A DNA stretch of 64,000 bases from Octopus sinensis (taxonomy: Eukaryota): positions 61,256,001 through 61,320,000 of the forward strand of contig NC_043000.1 of the NCBI RefSeq assembly GCF_006345805.1, read 5' to 3'. Below the pieces are notes generated by a model. That model was not told where the DNA came from, searched no databases, and was given only the letters and a program-made list of their open reading frames with translations. A program made the position numbers and the translations under genes. Of this stretch, positions 26,648 through 39,789 are shown in pieces; within the stretch, counting starts at the first letter, position 1, and the number at the start of each line of letters is the position of its first letter.

Positions 26648-26679
<32 letters not shown>

Positions 26680-26702
26680 TAATATATATATATATATATC
26701 GT

Positions 26703-27097
26703 GGTACTCCGTCGGTTTTAAAGACTCCGCCGGTTACGACGACGAGGGTCCCAGCTGATACGATCAACGGAACAGCTTGCTCGAGAAATTAACGTGCAAA
26801 TGGCTGAGCATTCCACAGACACGTGTACCCTTAACGTAGTTCTCGGGGATAATCAGCGTGACACAGAGTGTGAAAAGGCTGGCCCTTTGAAATACAGGTA
26901 CAACAAAAACAGGAAGAAAGAGTGAGAGAAAGTTGTGGTGAAAGAGAACAGCAGGGTTTGTCACCACCCCTGCCGGAATCTCGTGGAACTTTAGGTGTTT
27001 TCGCTCAATAAACACTCACAACACCCGGTCTGGGAATCGAAACCGCGATCCTTCAACCGCGATTCCGCTACCCTAACCACTAGACCATTGTGCCTCC
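26703..27097 (-). mobile_element. Full-length family-C SINE
   Basis: High similarity to 49649-50032; small duplicated 3' end. Confidence 0.92.
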
Positions 27098-27145
27098 ACA
27101 CACACACATATTACACACATATATACATGCATATATGTATATGTC

Positions 27146-27208
<63 letters not shown>

Positions 27209-28356
27209 TGTGGATTAAATAACCTGGTCATACATTTCTTCATATTACATATTGTCATCTTTTGTTCCAAGTCCCTCTTCTAAGTGCAAACCTTAACTTT
27301 GTGAAAGAATCTCTAATTAAACATATTCTTTCCCCAAAACTATGAAATAGCTGGATTAGTTTCAATTTTGATTATTCTTTTCAACTACCCATGGAAGTAT
27401 GTTTTTAAACACACTGTTACACACACACACACACACACACATACACACACACACACACACATACACACACACACACACAACCACACTCACAAGTTAATAT
27501 TGTGTGTGTGTAAATTAGAACACACGACATTAAGTCTGTCCTATATTTTGAATACAGATGGCGGAAAATAACGATTATCTTCGTAAACGCAATGCAAAAT
27601 ACTACACTTTATCGGAATTGGAACTTTCACACTTTGTTTCACATTAGACAATAAATTACTACTGCTACCAGGAAAGGAATAAAAGAAAACTATTCGAATA
27701 AAATGTACGAAAAAAGATGTCATGCAAATGATACAGCATACTATATTACACATAGTAAACTAAAAACCTTATTTTGAACGAGGAGTTGTAAGTACGAAGA
27801 CGTTCGTCTTTTTTTTTCTAACTATAAATACATCTTCGCCATTTGGCGGTGATGTTTGTATAATTCTACTGTATTATAAATGTTAATCATATCCCTACGA
27901 AGCAAAACCTTAATAGTTCCTCAGTAAAAACTTCCTTAGTAAAAAATCAAGAAGTAAATGCTACTAAATGTATCCACCGTATTTTATTCTCCTATATAAC
28001 TACGTATAATGCATAATTTTGACTCAATTGTTCATAAGAGATAGAATCTAAAGATATAGAAAAGTGTGTCTATAGAAAGAGGACGGCAGGGAAGGATCAG
28101 TAAAATAGAATATTTAAATTAAATTTGAAACGTTCATTTATGCTATACATTGAAGAATAATTGAGATGGTGGCAGAAAAAATAATCTTCTAAAAGATACT
28201 TTCATTTTGCTCTGTGCTTCATATTAAATTAGTTAGGCTTGCTTGGTAAAGATTAGACAAAAATCTATTGAACAATAAATAATGGTGTCTACATCGAAAA
28301 GAAATAATAAGTGTACTATTCTACAAAACAGTGAGAAAAACATATATGAATAATCC

Positions 28357-28979
28357 TTTCTACTATAGGCACAAGGCCTTTTAATTTTTGGGGAGAGGGT
28401 AAGTCGATCACCTCGACCCCAGAATTTCACTGTTACTTATCGACCCAGAAAGGATGAAAGGTAAAGTCGACCTCGGCGGAATTTGAACTCAGAACATAGC
28501 GATGGGCAAAATACCTATTTCTTTACTACCCACAAGGGGCTAAACACAGAGAGGACAAACAAGGACAGACAAACGGATTAAGTCGATTATATCGACCCCA
28601 GTGCGTAACTGGTACTTCATTTATAGAGCCCGAAAGGATGAAAGGCAAAGTCGACCTCGGCGGAATTTGAGCTCAGAACGTAACGGCAGACGAAATACGG
28701 CTATGCATTTCGCCCGGTGTGCTAACGTTTCTGCCAGCTCGCCGCCTTATGTTATGTGAATAATCTTTTCTACTCTAGGCACAAGACCCGACATTTTTGG
28801 AGAGGTGCTAGTCGATTAGATCAACCTCCAGTATGCAAATGGTACTTAATTTATCGATACCGAAAGTATGAACGGTAAAGTCAGCCTCGGCGGAATTTGA
28901 GCTCAGAACATAGCGACGGGCGAAATACCGCTAAGCATTTCGTCCAGCGCGCTAACGATTCTGCCAGCTCGCCACCTTC
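28357..28979 (-). mobile_element. Three adjacent family-A SINE units (full tail b; full tail a fused to headless tail b)
   Basis: Heads at about 28979 and 28748; fusion junction aaatacctatttcttta at about 28508-28525. Confidence 0.92.
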
Positions 28980-29920
28980 TGTTAATGCCAGTTTGAAATA
29001 TGTACTGAAGTGATAGTGATTGACTGAAAACTCTGGATTCTGGGCCGCAGTACAATGATTGAATAGCTTGATGATCATTACAATTATTGTTTCTATCAGA
29101 AACACAAGATCTGAAATTTGGAGAAGCAAATTATTCAATACCGTTGACCGTGGAAGGGTAAAAGGCAAAGTTAACCTGAGTGGAATTCGAACTCAGAACG
29201 TTAGAAGAAATAACAGCAGGCCAAAAGTTCTGCAAATTGACTGCTATTATAATTTCTGAATAGGTACAAGGCTAGAAATGTTTGGTGGAATAGGTTAAAC
29301 CATACCCTCGGCGCCAGTACTTCATTGCTGCCTTATTTTATCACCCCTGGAAGAATGTAAGGCAAAATTGACCACGGTAGAATTTGAGCATAAAACGCGA
29401 AAAACAGAAAGAAATTCTGCTCGGCATTTGTCTGCCTTTGCAACAAATGGCAATTATCGTTAAAAATCCCAAATCTCTGAGGAGAAATTTTACTAGAAAC
29501 TTATGTCTACATTTAAACTGTAAGTCGTTATCTAATTGATTTTCCAATGACAACATGATAAATTCACTTGTGTATTAAAGTGACACCTAGCTTTCAGTGC
29601 TACTTATGTGTTGTTAAGAGATTCAGCTAACGTAACTAGGTGCACACACAATAAGTAGCCGTGCGTTTGCACACAGGCACTGACTCGATTAACAGTTAAT
29701 AAGAGCTATACTCCAACACCTATATACACATTCCAAATTGCGTACAGGGATAATATTTAATGCTATAAATAAATCCATAAATAAACTTAGTTACATATAA
29801 ATACAAATTTGCATTTATCTGTCAGTATAATATATATACATATATATTATATATATATATATACATATATATATATACATATATATAAATATATATATAT
29901 ATACATATATATATATATCC

Positions 29921-29970
<50 letters not shown>

Positions 29971-30134
29971 TATATAATAAATAATATTTTATACATATAT
30001 ATATTGTGGGTGTCTGTCTGTATATTTTATAATAATATATACAGTTTTATATTATATATATATATAATATATATATATTGTGGGTTGTCTGTATGTATAT
30101 TTTATATATAAATATATACAGTTTTATATTATAT

Positions 30135-30179
<45 letters not shown>

Positions 30180-30215
30180 TGTATGCATTAAGAATATATT
30201 ATTATTATTTTTATC

Positions 30216-30790
30216 AAGGAAGCGAGCTGGCAGAATCATTAGCACACTGGACGGAATGCTTAGCGGTATTTAGTCCGCAGCTACGTTCTGAGTTCAAATT
30301 CTGCCGAGGTCGATTTTGCCTCTCAACCTATCGGGATCGATAAATTAAGCACCAGTGGAACACCGGGTCGATGTAATCGACTTATTCCTTCCCCCAAACT
30401 GCTGACCTTGTGGCAAAATTTGAAACCATTATCATTATTATTATCATGTACCTGTTACGCACTGGGGTCGATGCAATCGACTTAATCCCATTGTCTGTCT
30501 GTGCTTGTCCCCTCTATGTTTAGTCCTCTGTGAGCATTAAAGAAATAAAATAAAATTATCATTACTATTTTTATCAAAGCAGCGAGCCGGTAGAATCGTT
30601 AGCCTGCTGGACGAAACGGTTAACGACATTTCGCTACGTCTCAGTTCAAATTCTACCAAGTTCGACTTTGCCTTTCATCCTTTCAAGGTCGATAAATTAA
30701 GTACCAGTGAAACACCGCGGTCGATGTAAACGACTATACTCCTCCACCAACTTTCCAGCCTTGTGCCTATATTAGAAAGAATTATTATTA
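30216..30790 (+). mobile_element. Family-A SINE cluster (tail c copy, tail a fragment, tail b copy)
   Basis: Heads at about 30216 and 30577; tail a fragment at about 30450-30545. Confidence 0.88.
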
Positions 30791-31317
30791 ATATTAAATA
30801 CTTATATAATATATATGTAATATTACATAATGTACATAAATGCATGCACACACAAACATATATATACGTATCTATCAGTGTACCGTTTGTGTTCACATCT
30901 AATAATCATTTGCATATATTGTCTTCGCAACTAATAAACGTTTGCTTACACTTGACGCTGGTGTCTTTTGTTGTTTAATCCTAGTTTAACCCTTTCGAAC
31001 TTTGACAGTATAAACATATTTTACCATTGAGTACATTATGCAATGTGTTTTTCCCTTTTGAAGACGATTGGGTATGATTCATATTGGTAAAATTCAAGTG
31101 TTTACTCGATATGCTAAATACAACAGCCAAATCTCCCTCAATTTAGGTAGCAAAGCCGCATTGGGCGATCAGATCTTGGACCATGGTACATAGGAAAAAT
31201 GTAAAAAAAACAAAAAGAGTTTGTCACTGCTTGAATGTCTATCATCACCGGTCTATACAACTAGGGCTAAATAGGGGTTCATGAGGATAAAAGAAGGATA
31301 ATGATGATGATGATCAT

Positions 31318-31747
31318 AATCCTTTCTACTATAGGCACAAGCCCTGAAATTAGTGGAGAGGAGGAGAGTCAATTACGTTGACCCCCCTGTGCTCAACTGG
31401 CACTTAATTTATCGTCTCCGAAAGGATAAAAGGCAAAGTCGACCTCGGCGGAATTTGAACTCAGAACGTAAAGACGGACGAAATGCCACCAAGCATTTTG
31501 CCCGACGTGCTAACGATTCTGCCTCCTTTATGATGATAATAATCTTTTCTACTCTAGGCGCAAGGTCAGCAGTTTCGGAAAAGCGGGTGCCCAGCTTCTA
31601 CTTATTTTGTCAACCCCGAAATGACGAAAGGTAAAGTCGTCCTGCTCGGTACTTGAACTCATAACGTTCAAATTCCGCAAAGAACGACCTTGCCTTTGTA
31701 ATAATAATAATAATAATAATAATGATAATAATAATAAAAAGAAGAAT

Positions 31748-31798
<51 letters not shown>

Positions 31799-32090
31799 CC
31801 TTTCTAATATAGACATAAAGCCTGAAAATTGGGTGAGGGGATTAGTCGGTTACATCGACCTCAGTTCTCGACTAGTACTTGTTTTATCGACCCCGAAAGG
31901 ATGAAAGGTAAAGTCGACCTCGGCGGAATTCCTTGACCTTCATAATAATAATAATAATAATAATGATAATAATAATAATAAATAATCCTTTCTACTAAAG
32001 GCAAAAGGTCTGGAATTTGAGGGGAAGGGGGATAATCGATTACATCGACCCAAGTGTTTCACTTGGTACTTAATTTATCAACCCTGAACG
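31318..32090 (-). mobile_element. Four family-A SINE copies or fragments separated by (AAT)n tracts
   Basis: Repeated tcctttcta.t.taggca.aag tails, each abutting (AAT)n. Confidence 0.88.
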
Positions 32091-32098
32091 GATGATGA

Positions 32099-32129
<31 letters not shown>

Positions 32130-32881
32130 GAAAAGAAAGAGAAGAACTGCAACAATAGCAAGAGACAAAGAGAAAAAATCAGTTCCATCTTATATCTGAG
32201 TGACGACAATCTTAAGTTTAGGGAGCTTATGTATGTTAAGGCGGTATAGTAGTATAACAATGGTGGCGGTAGTAGTGGTGTCTGTATATAGATTACTGTG
32301 TTTGGGATCATGGGTTCTTTGTTGGAATGGTAGGGTTGTGTGATGGATGCTGGGTTCCTTCTGCTCCGTACTGTTGCTTGCTGCGCCTGGATTCTACGTT
32401 TGTTGCAGTCATAGTCTACCATAGTGTTTAGCAGTAGAATCTTTGTTTTGTTTGTGTCAGTAGGTCTGTAGTTGACGGATGAAGGTCGTTGCTGGAAGAG
32501 TGCTATAGTTGGGATCATGGATGTTTTCATGGAATGATAGTTGTTGAGTGGTGGTGTTGGTGCTGATGAAGAGCTCCTCAGTGGGTGCTGGTAGGCGGTG
32601 GAGGTAGAGTTCGATGATTCTAAGTGCTTAAGCTAATTGTTGATGCAGTCATAATATTATTTGCGTACGTGGAATTATGATTTATAAGTTACTAGCTTTG
32701 ATAAGTAACGGGTGAAGGTCGTAAGTAAAGCGTTACGCGACGAGTTTGCTTTTCATACGCACACACTTCGCGCATATTTGGTGGGTAGTAATGCTAACTG
32801 ACTTTACTCCTTACCGCCCCCACTGGCCGCCCGCAGGTCGATGCACAGTCATAAGCGTTCCAGCTTCGATCATGGTGCGTT

Positions 32882-32949
<68 letters not shown>

Positions 32950-33300
32950 GAGAGAAAGCGAGAGATGCACACTAATATATATATGTCAACTACATACATA
33001 TACATATGTATACACACACACGTCTGTCAGTCTGTCTGTCTATCTATCTATCTATATATATATATAATTTATATATATTATATATATATAATTTATATAT
33101 ATATATATATGTATATATGTATATGTATAATGTATATATATATATATTATGTATTATATATTATATATATATGTATATATATATATATATATTATAATAT
33201 ATATATATAATTCATATGTATATAAAATTTTTTATATATGTATATAATAATTTATTTATATATATATATTAGTTTATATATATGTACATATATATACTAG

Positions 33301-33349
<49 letters not shown>

Positions 33350-33926
33350 ATGTGTGTGTTTGTGTATGTGGTGTGCGTACATATATATACTAGTTTATCC
33401 AAAAAGGTATGGTACCTTAAAAGTGACAACATAAATTTCTCATTTTCTTGGAATATTGTTTCTTCTGCCCCCTTTTATAGGATTAGAAATAGAACGCGCC
33501 TTCTATGCCTTGAAGAGTCTTATATAATTATGAAAATGAACGGTTCTATCTTAAATTCGGGAGATGAAAGAGTTTGCTCTTGTAAACATATGACCAAATT
33601 TCTCTTTATTAACCTAACATTAACTAATTACCTCTTTGCTTTCTTCTTTTTAGCTCTTATTACACTCTTATGTTATGGGTATGAACGTATTCTCTGCCTA
33701 CGCATGTACGTATATTTGTGTGCTTGTGTGGGCATGTTTATGCACTTGTGCTTCTGTTTTTATATATGTGTATATATATGTGTATATATATGTACGTATG
33801 TGTATATATGTACATATGTATATAAGTACATATGTATATATGTGTGTGTATTTTTATGGGTATATGTGTATATGTATGCTCATATATGCACATATGTATT
33901 CATATACATATATATATATATATATG

Positions 33927-34209
33927 TTATTTAGAGATAGAGGTCCCCATGCAATTCATCAAATCCTGATATACATCACATCATATCATGGAATTTTATT
34001 TTAATACTAATCCGTTCTAAATTTTTCTTCTACACGTGTTTCATAAGCTGCGTTTAACATTCCTTAGACACTCAGTCTTTTACAAGAACATGTCTTAACT
34101 GCAACCCCAATCGTCAGGAATATTGATAACTTTATTATAATTCAAAAAAAATTTCTATATTTTAATATTTTAACAGTTATATTCCATGGGGACTTCCATC
34201 TCTAAATAA
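33927..34209. mobile_element. MITE with about 29-bp TIRs
   Basis: ttatttagagatagaggtccccatgcaat (33927) versus reverse complement of 34181-34209, ttatttagagatggaagtccccatggaat (3 mismatches). Confidence 0.85.
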
Positions 34210-34294
34210 GATATTTCCTTATCGAGAATAATTCATTTTATTTGAATCCCTGTGACGCCGAAATTCTTATTCCCTAATAAATAAAATAATCTAA

Positions 34295-34375
<81 letters not shown>

Positions 34376-34400
34376 ACTATCTATCTATCTATCTATCTAT

Positions 34401-34442
<42 letters not shown>

Positions 34443-34448
<6 letters not shown>

Positions 34449-35574
34449 CCATTTATAGATGCAGGTCTATATAGGGATGACGGCTTATAGCCACGCATAA
34501 TCTAAACGGCCATGAATCAGATAGACTTAGGAAGGACCTTATAGCTTTCTTTCAAAGGATGGGCTTACGGATTACGATAGACGCTAACCTGAATAATGTA
34601 GATTTTTTAGACGTAAATTTTAATGTAAGATCGGATAGATTTAAACCTTTCCGTAAGCCCAATGAAAAGCTGTGGTATATTAGCAAAGATTCGAACCATC
34701 CACCAGTTATCCTTAGCAACTTAGTCAGCAATGTAGGTAGAAGAATATCTTCAATTTCTTCGGACGAGGCAGCATTCCATAATGCTGCACCTTATTACGA
34801 TAGCGCATTAAAGAATAGTGGATTCTCGGAGAAGATCCAGTTCAACCAGCTTAATGCTAATAATAATGCTGCACGAAGAACTAGGACCAGGAAAGTTCTG
34901 TGGTTCAACCCGGCTTTCAATTTGGCCGTAAAGACTAATATAGGTAAGGAATTTTTGAGATTAGTCTCTAAGCATTTTAAGCAGGGTCATAAATTCTACA
35001 GAATATTTAATAGAAGAACCCTGAAGGTTAGCTATTCTTGTTGCAGAAATTTCGCCTCTTACATTAGCCAACATAATAGGAAGCTAATTGAGATTAGACA
35101 TGGTGCCGAGCCCATTAAGAAATGTAATTTCAAAAACGAAAGCTCCTGTCCGTTAGAAGGGAAATGTCTAGTGAAAGGAGTAGTTTATAGAGCCAAGGTG
35201 CAAGTGGAAGGCTCATCGGAATACAAGACATACACAGGGGCTTCAGAAAATTCATTTAAAACAAGATTTTATTCTCATAAGAATTCTTTTAAATACCCAG
35301 AGAATAGGAAGAAAACCAGCCTAGCAAAAATGTCTGGGAACTAAAAGAAAAGGAAGCCCCACCTTTCAACGTGACATGGAGCATTCTGGACAGGGCGGCA
35401 CCATACAGGCATGGAGCTTACAAATATAATTTCAAGTGCAGGCTTTGCTTATTAGAGAAAATGCACATCTTATTCAAAGACAATAATTCTTTGAATCAAA
35501 GAAGTGAGTTAATGAACTTATGTAGGCACGCGGCTAAATTTAAAATGTCGAATATAAATATACCATATGGATAG
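34443..35574 (+). mobile_element. 5'-truncated Penelope-like retroelement (RT C-terminus plus GIY-YIG endonuclease; resembles the C-terminal-EN 'Hydra' clade), two frameshifts
   Basis: YFPFIDAGLYRDDGL (YRDD at 34470-34481), DFLDV, SNHPP, WFNP, CNFKNESSCPLEGKC, VVYRAKV..YTG..FKTRFYSH, W.LK, CRLC..EK..LNQRSE..CRH; 1-bp frameshifts near 34488 and 35330; inserted next to (TA)n/(ATCT)n. Confidence 0.93.
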
Positions 35575-36580
35575 AGTATATATTTTGTATTTTGATTTTT
35601 GATTTTTGATTTGACTCTTGAGCGCTACGACGGATCTATAGCAAAGTCTTATGTTTCTACATATATATTAGGAAAAACCTACAAACTTTGTTTTCATGTT
35701 ATTGTATTGCATAGGATTACCTTGATTATTTATATTACCTGATTATTTATAAATGACCCAAAATAGGATGTTATATTTTATTTTATATGTCTTTCGTATA
35801 TATTTTTATTAATGCACCCATTTTTTAAAAGCAATGTTTTTTTTAAAAAAAAAGCAATGTTGTCAAAATTAGAATGTTTATATAAGTATGTGTATAGCAA
35901 AGCATATGTATTTGTAAGCATGCGTATCTGTGTATGTGTAAGTGAAAGTATGCTTGTGCTTAAGCACGCATACACACGACGATATGTATATGTATCAATT
36001 CAAACTTGTGTATGTATACTGGCCTCTATAGATGCCAATAACATCGCTACAAGTTTTTTCCCCACCCCTCCTCGTTCCTTTTCTCTCTTTCCTTTCTTTC
36101 GTTCCCCCTCCTTGCTCAGTATATGAGAATTGCTACATAGATGAATTTTAGCTTGCGTGCGAGACGGTTTGCGTGAATATATGTACACATGCTTTTATGG
36201 TATAATTTAGATTCATATTCATATGTCTGTATATGTATGTATGGCGTTTACGCGCATCCTTTTGTGTATGTTGATATATATATGTGGATTTTAATATAAA
36301 TATGTATTGCAGTATTTATAACAGGTTTAATTTCTATGCATTAATTTGTACTGTCTTCATTAACGGCAATACGTTTTTTTCTCGGTTTTTCCTCGGATTT
36401 TATAATTTTTATAATTTTATAAGTTTTTATATATATATATACATATATTTTTGACCTTTTTGTTTATCGCTCGAAGATTGACCGTTTTTTCTAAAGGCCA
36501 ATCAAACAAGTCCATTTCTTTTTAAAGGTGTAGCGTTTGTAAGAGTATAGATTGAATTAATATATAAGTTCCATTCTAGC

Positions 36581-36628
36581 AAAAACTGTCTGATGAACGG
36601 CAACGAGAAACTCAGAGTAACAGATTTT
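36581..36628 (+). ncRNA. Minimal type-I hammerhead ribozyme, probably of Penelope pLTR origin
   Basis: ctgt-CTGATGA(36590-36596)-acg gcaa cga-GAAAC-tcaga-GTA-acag: stem I ctgt/acag extends to aaaa/tttt, GCAA tetraloop in stem II, stem III actc/gagt. Confidence 0.75.
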
Positions 36629-36656
36629 GTTGAATTTTCTGCTGCTTAAAATAAAG

Positions 36657-36688
<32 letters not shown>

Positions 36689-36924
36689 TACGTACATACA
36701 TGCATACATACATGCATACATACATACATAATACATACATACATACATACATGCATACATACATACACACATACATACATACATACATACATACATACAT
36801 ACATACATACATACATACATACAAGTATATGTAGGTGTGGATGTATGTATAGTTGTTTTGTCTGAATATGCATGTTCTTGTGAATGGGTACATTAACACG
36901 TACGCATATCTGTGTATATATATG

Positions 36925-36970
<46 letters not shown>

Positions 36971-37100
36971 ACGTGTGTATATGCTTATGAATATGTGTGC
37001 ATGTACTTGTATGTGCATATTTATGTTTTATGTATGGTTTGTAGGTGTGTGTATGTATATATGTGTGTATATTTGTATATGTATATATATACCATATATA

Positions 37101-37146
<46 letters not shown>

Positions 37147-37654
37147 AGGTATATATATATTCTACATGTATGTGAGTAGTGTATATATATGTATATGCGT
37201 GTGTATGTATGTGCATATATACATATCAACTCATATAATCTTACGTGAATACGTATTTCTTTATTTTACTTGTGTCCTCCCTCCTACATGCACACCTGTA
37301 TATGTATGTGTGAGTATATGCCCGATTTTGTGTGTGTCTATATGTGTGTGTTGTGTATATGTGCATGCATATATATGTATATGACTGTATATCCTTATGT
37401 GTTACGCTATTGTCTATCCCTTGTATATTTATAATAATTTTCTCCTTCATATATTCGTTTTTGTCCCTACTTTTTCTGATTGTCTCCCCTATCCGGGCTA
37501 GTTCTTGAGTAAAGTAATTCTCTTGAATAGACCGGCCGGTCTTGAGTGTGATCGATGTTTTTTCCTTGTTAAGTTCTCTTTGGATTTTTCACTGCTTGTA
37601 TGTACATTTTTACTTAAATAATGTAACTTTTTTCAAACATAGTCTTGCCTATCA

Positions 37655-37843
37655 CTTTTTAGCCACGGTCCGATCAAGGCCTTGTGAGTGGATTTTCCAT
37701 GGAAACTGAAAGAAGCCCGTCGTATATATTTAAACATATATACGACGGGGTGGCGTCACTCGAAGGCTAAAACAATGCGAACGCATTGTGACCAGCGATG
37801 TGCAAGAACATCTGATGGTCTGGTCGGTCACGTGATCACGTGA

Positions 37844-37845
<2 letters not shown>
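37655..37845 (+). mobile_element. Family-B SINE fragment joined to a different 3' tail (ggtggcgtcactcgaaggctaaaacaatgcg..gtcacgtgat)
   Basis: ccttgtgagtggattt..ggaaactgaaagaagcccgtcgtat followed by a tail unlike 52930-53126. Confidence 0.6.
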
Positions 37846-37878
<33 letters not shown>

Positions 37879-37999
37879 GTTAATCCAAACGGGAAAACAG
37901 AAAAAACAACAACACGTGGAACAATTACAGTATTATTATTATTAGGCGCTCAGGAAAAATGGAAGATATATATATATATATATATAAATATATATGTGT

Positions 38000-38210
38000 G
38001 TGTGTATGGTTGTGTGTGTGTGTTTGTCCCCCCAACATCGCTTGACAACCGATGCTGGTGTGTTTACGTCCCCGTAAATTAGCGGTTCGACAAAATAGAC
38101 CAATAGAATAATTACTAGGATTACAAAGAATACGTCCTGGGATTGATTCGTTCGACTGATGGCGGTGCTCCAGCATAGGCGCAGTCAAATGACTGAAACG
38201 AGTAAAGTTA
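38000..38210 (+). mobile_element. Family-B SINE 3' tail
   Basis: Matches 52920-53126. Confidence 0.88.
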
Positions 38211-38231
38211 TATATATAATATATGTGTATA

Positions 38232-38266
<35 letters not shown>

Positions 38267-38284
38267 ATCTATATATATATATAT

Positions 38285-38329
<45 letters not shown>

Positions 38330-38401
38330 CAGAGAAAATTTATATATATATATATATTTGTATGTATGTATAGAATTTATATATATAATTTATATATATA
38401 T

Positions 38402-38434
<33 letters not shown>

Positions 38435-38451
38435 ATATATATATATATATA

Positions 38452-38621
38452 GGCGCAGAGTGGCTGTGTGGTAAGTAGCTTGTTTACCAACCACATGGTT
38501 CCGGTTCAGTCCACTGCGTGGCACCTTGGGCAAGTGTCTTCTACCTATAGCCTCGGGCCGACCACAGCCTTGTGAGTGGATTTGGTAGACGGAAACTGAA
38601 AGAAGCAATCGAATATATATA

Positions 38622-38668
<47 letters not shown>

Positions 38669-38850
38669 TGTGTGTGTTTGGGTGTCTCCCCTAGCATTGC
38701 TTGACAACCGATGCTGGTGTGTTTATGTCCCCGTTACTTAGTGGTTCGGCAAAAGAGACCGATAGAATAAGTACTGGGCTTACAAAAGAATAAGTCCCGG
38801 GGTCGAGTTGGCCGCAGTCAAATGACTGAAACAGTATAAGAGAGTATAAG
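38452..38850 (+). mobile_element. Full-length family-B SINE (tRNA head, CORE-like block, internal (TA)n(TG)n, LINE-like tail)
   Basis: Collinear with 52696-53126, with a small deletion in the tail. Confidence 0.92.
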
Positions 38851-38964
38851 ATATATATATATATATATATATATACATATCTTTATGTATATATATATAG
38901 AGTATAAGATATATATATATATACATATCTTATATATATATCTTATATATATCTTATATATATA

Positions 38965-39330
38965 TAAAGGTAGTGGGCTCAGCTGGCTCCGGCTGACAGT
39001 ACCCGGTATGAGCCCCTATCCAGGGTTACGGAAAGGAGACAACCTTCAAAGAAATCCGGAGTGGAGCCCCGAAGGCGGTTTAGTGTTCGACTCGACACTC
39101 TTCCGGCAGCTCCTGCAACCAAGCTGGCGCCGAACGTAATGCACTGCACTCCTTTGGACTACATCAGCAAGGTCGAGAGAGGAAACCTGACGATTGGACT
39201 ACCCAGGACTTTCTTATCTCTAGCCCAGGCCTGCGCAAAACTGTATGTATCAGGACATGAAATGTAAAAGCCGGACTAGACTACTTTATGTGCAACTCCA
39301 TTGTCTCCCGAGACAAAAAGGATGCCAACT
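38965..39330 (+). mobile_element. GC-rich repeat fragment, possibly the 5' UTR of an RTE-clade LINE
   Basis: Abrupt GC-rich island after (TA)n; ggcagctcctgcaaccaagctgg.gcc.aacgta resembles RTE 5' regions as I recall them; no ORF. Confidence 0.3.
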
Positions 39331-39380
39331 CCAACTTATTTATATAAGAGACCTCGATATTATGTAAATAGAGGAATTTA

Positions 39381-39750
39381 TCTGTAAATGTAATATGTGA
39401 CAGTTATTAAGGTAGCTATGATAAAACCCCGAGTTTCGGATGTCGGGGTGGAAATCCACGCCACTATTTCTTCAGTTATCCGGCTTTTGGAAAAAATGCT
39501 ATGAAAATGACCTTTTACTCAAGAGAGTTGCCTCGCTCAAAAACTTTTTCTCCATCCCCTCACTTAGCGGTCATTCAAATAGCATTTTTGTCTTAATAAC
39601 GGTCAATCACACAGTAATTTCCCTTTGTTAAACGGTCATTTCCGATGGCCGGATAGCTGAAGAGATGGCGGCGTGGATTTCCACCCCGACATCTGAACCT
39701 CGGAGTTTTATCATGCCTTTCGAATAATTGTCACATATTTCATTTACAGA
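39381..39750. mobile_element. MITE with about 105-bp TIRs and TA TSD
   Basis: tctgtaaatg.aatatgtgaca.ttatt..atgataaaac.ccgag.ttc.gatgtcggggtggaaatccacgcc..tcttcag.tatccggc at both ends in inverted orientation; TA at 39379-80 and 39751-52. Confidence 0.92.
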
Positions 39751-39758
39751 TATATATA

Positions 39759-39789
<31 letters not shown>

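Noticed and set aside
34443-35574. Assignment to the Naiad clade
   Set aside because: Naiads have an N-terminal endonuclease, whereas here GIY-YIG follows the RT
35618-35660. Hairpin gcta.ga-cgga-tctatagc in the Penelope 3' UTR as hammerhead or SECIS
   Set aside because: No CUGANGA, no stem III and no AUGA/GA quartet
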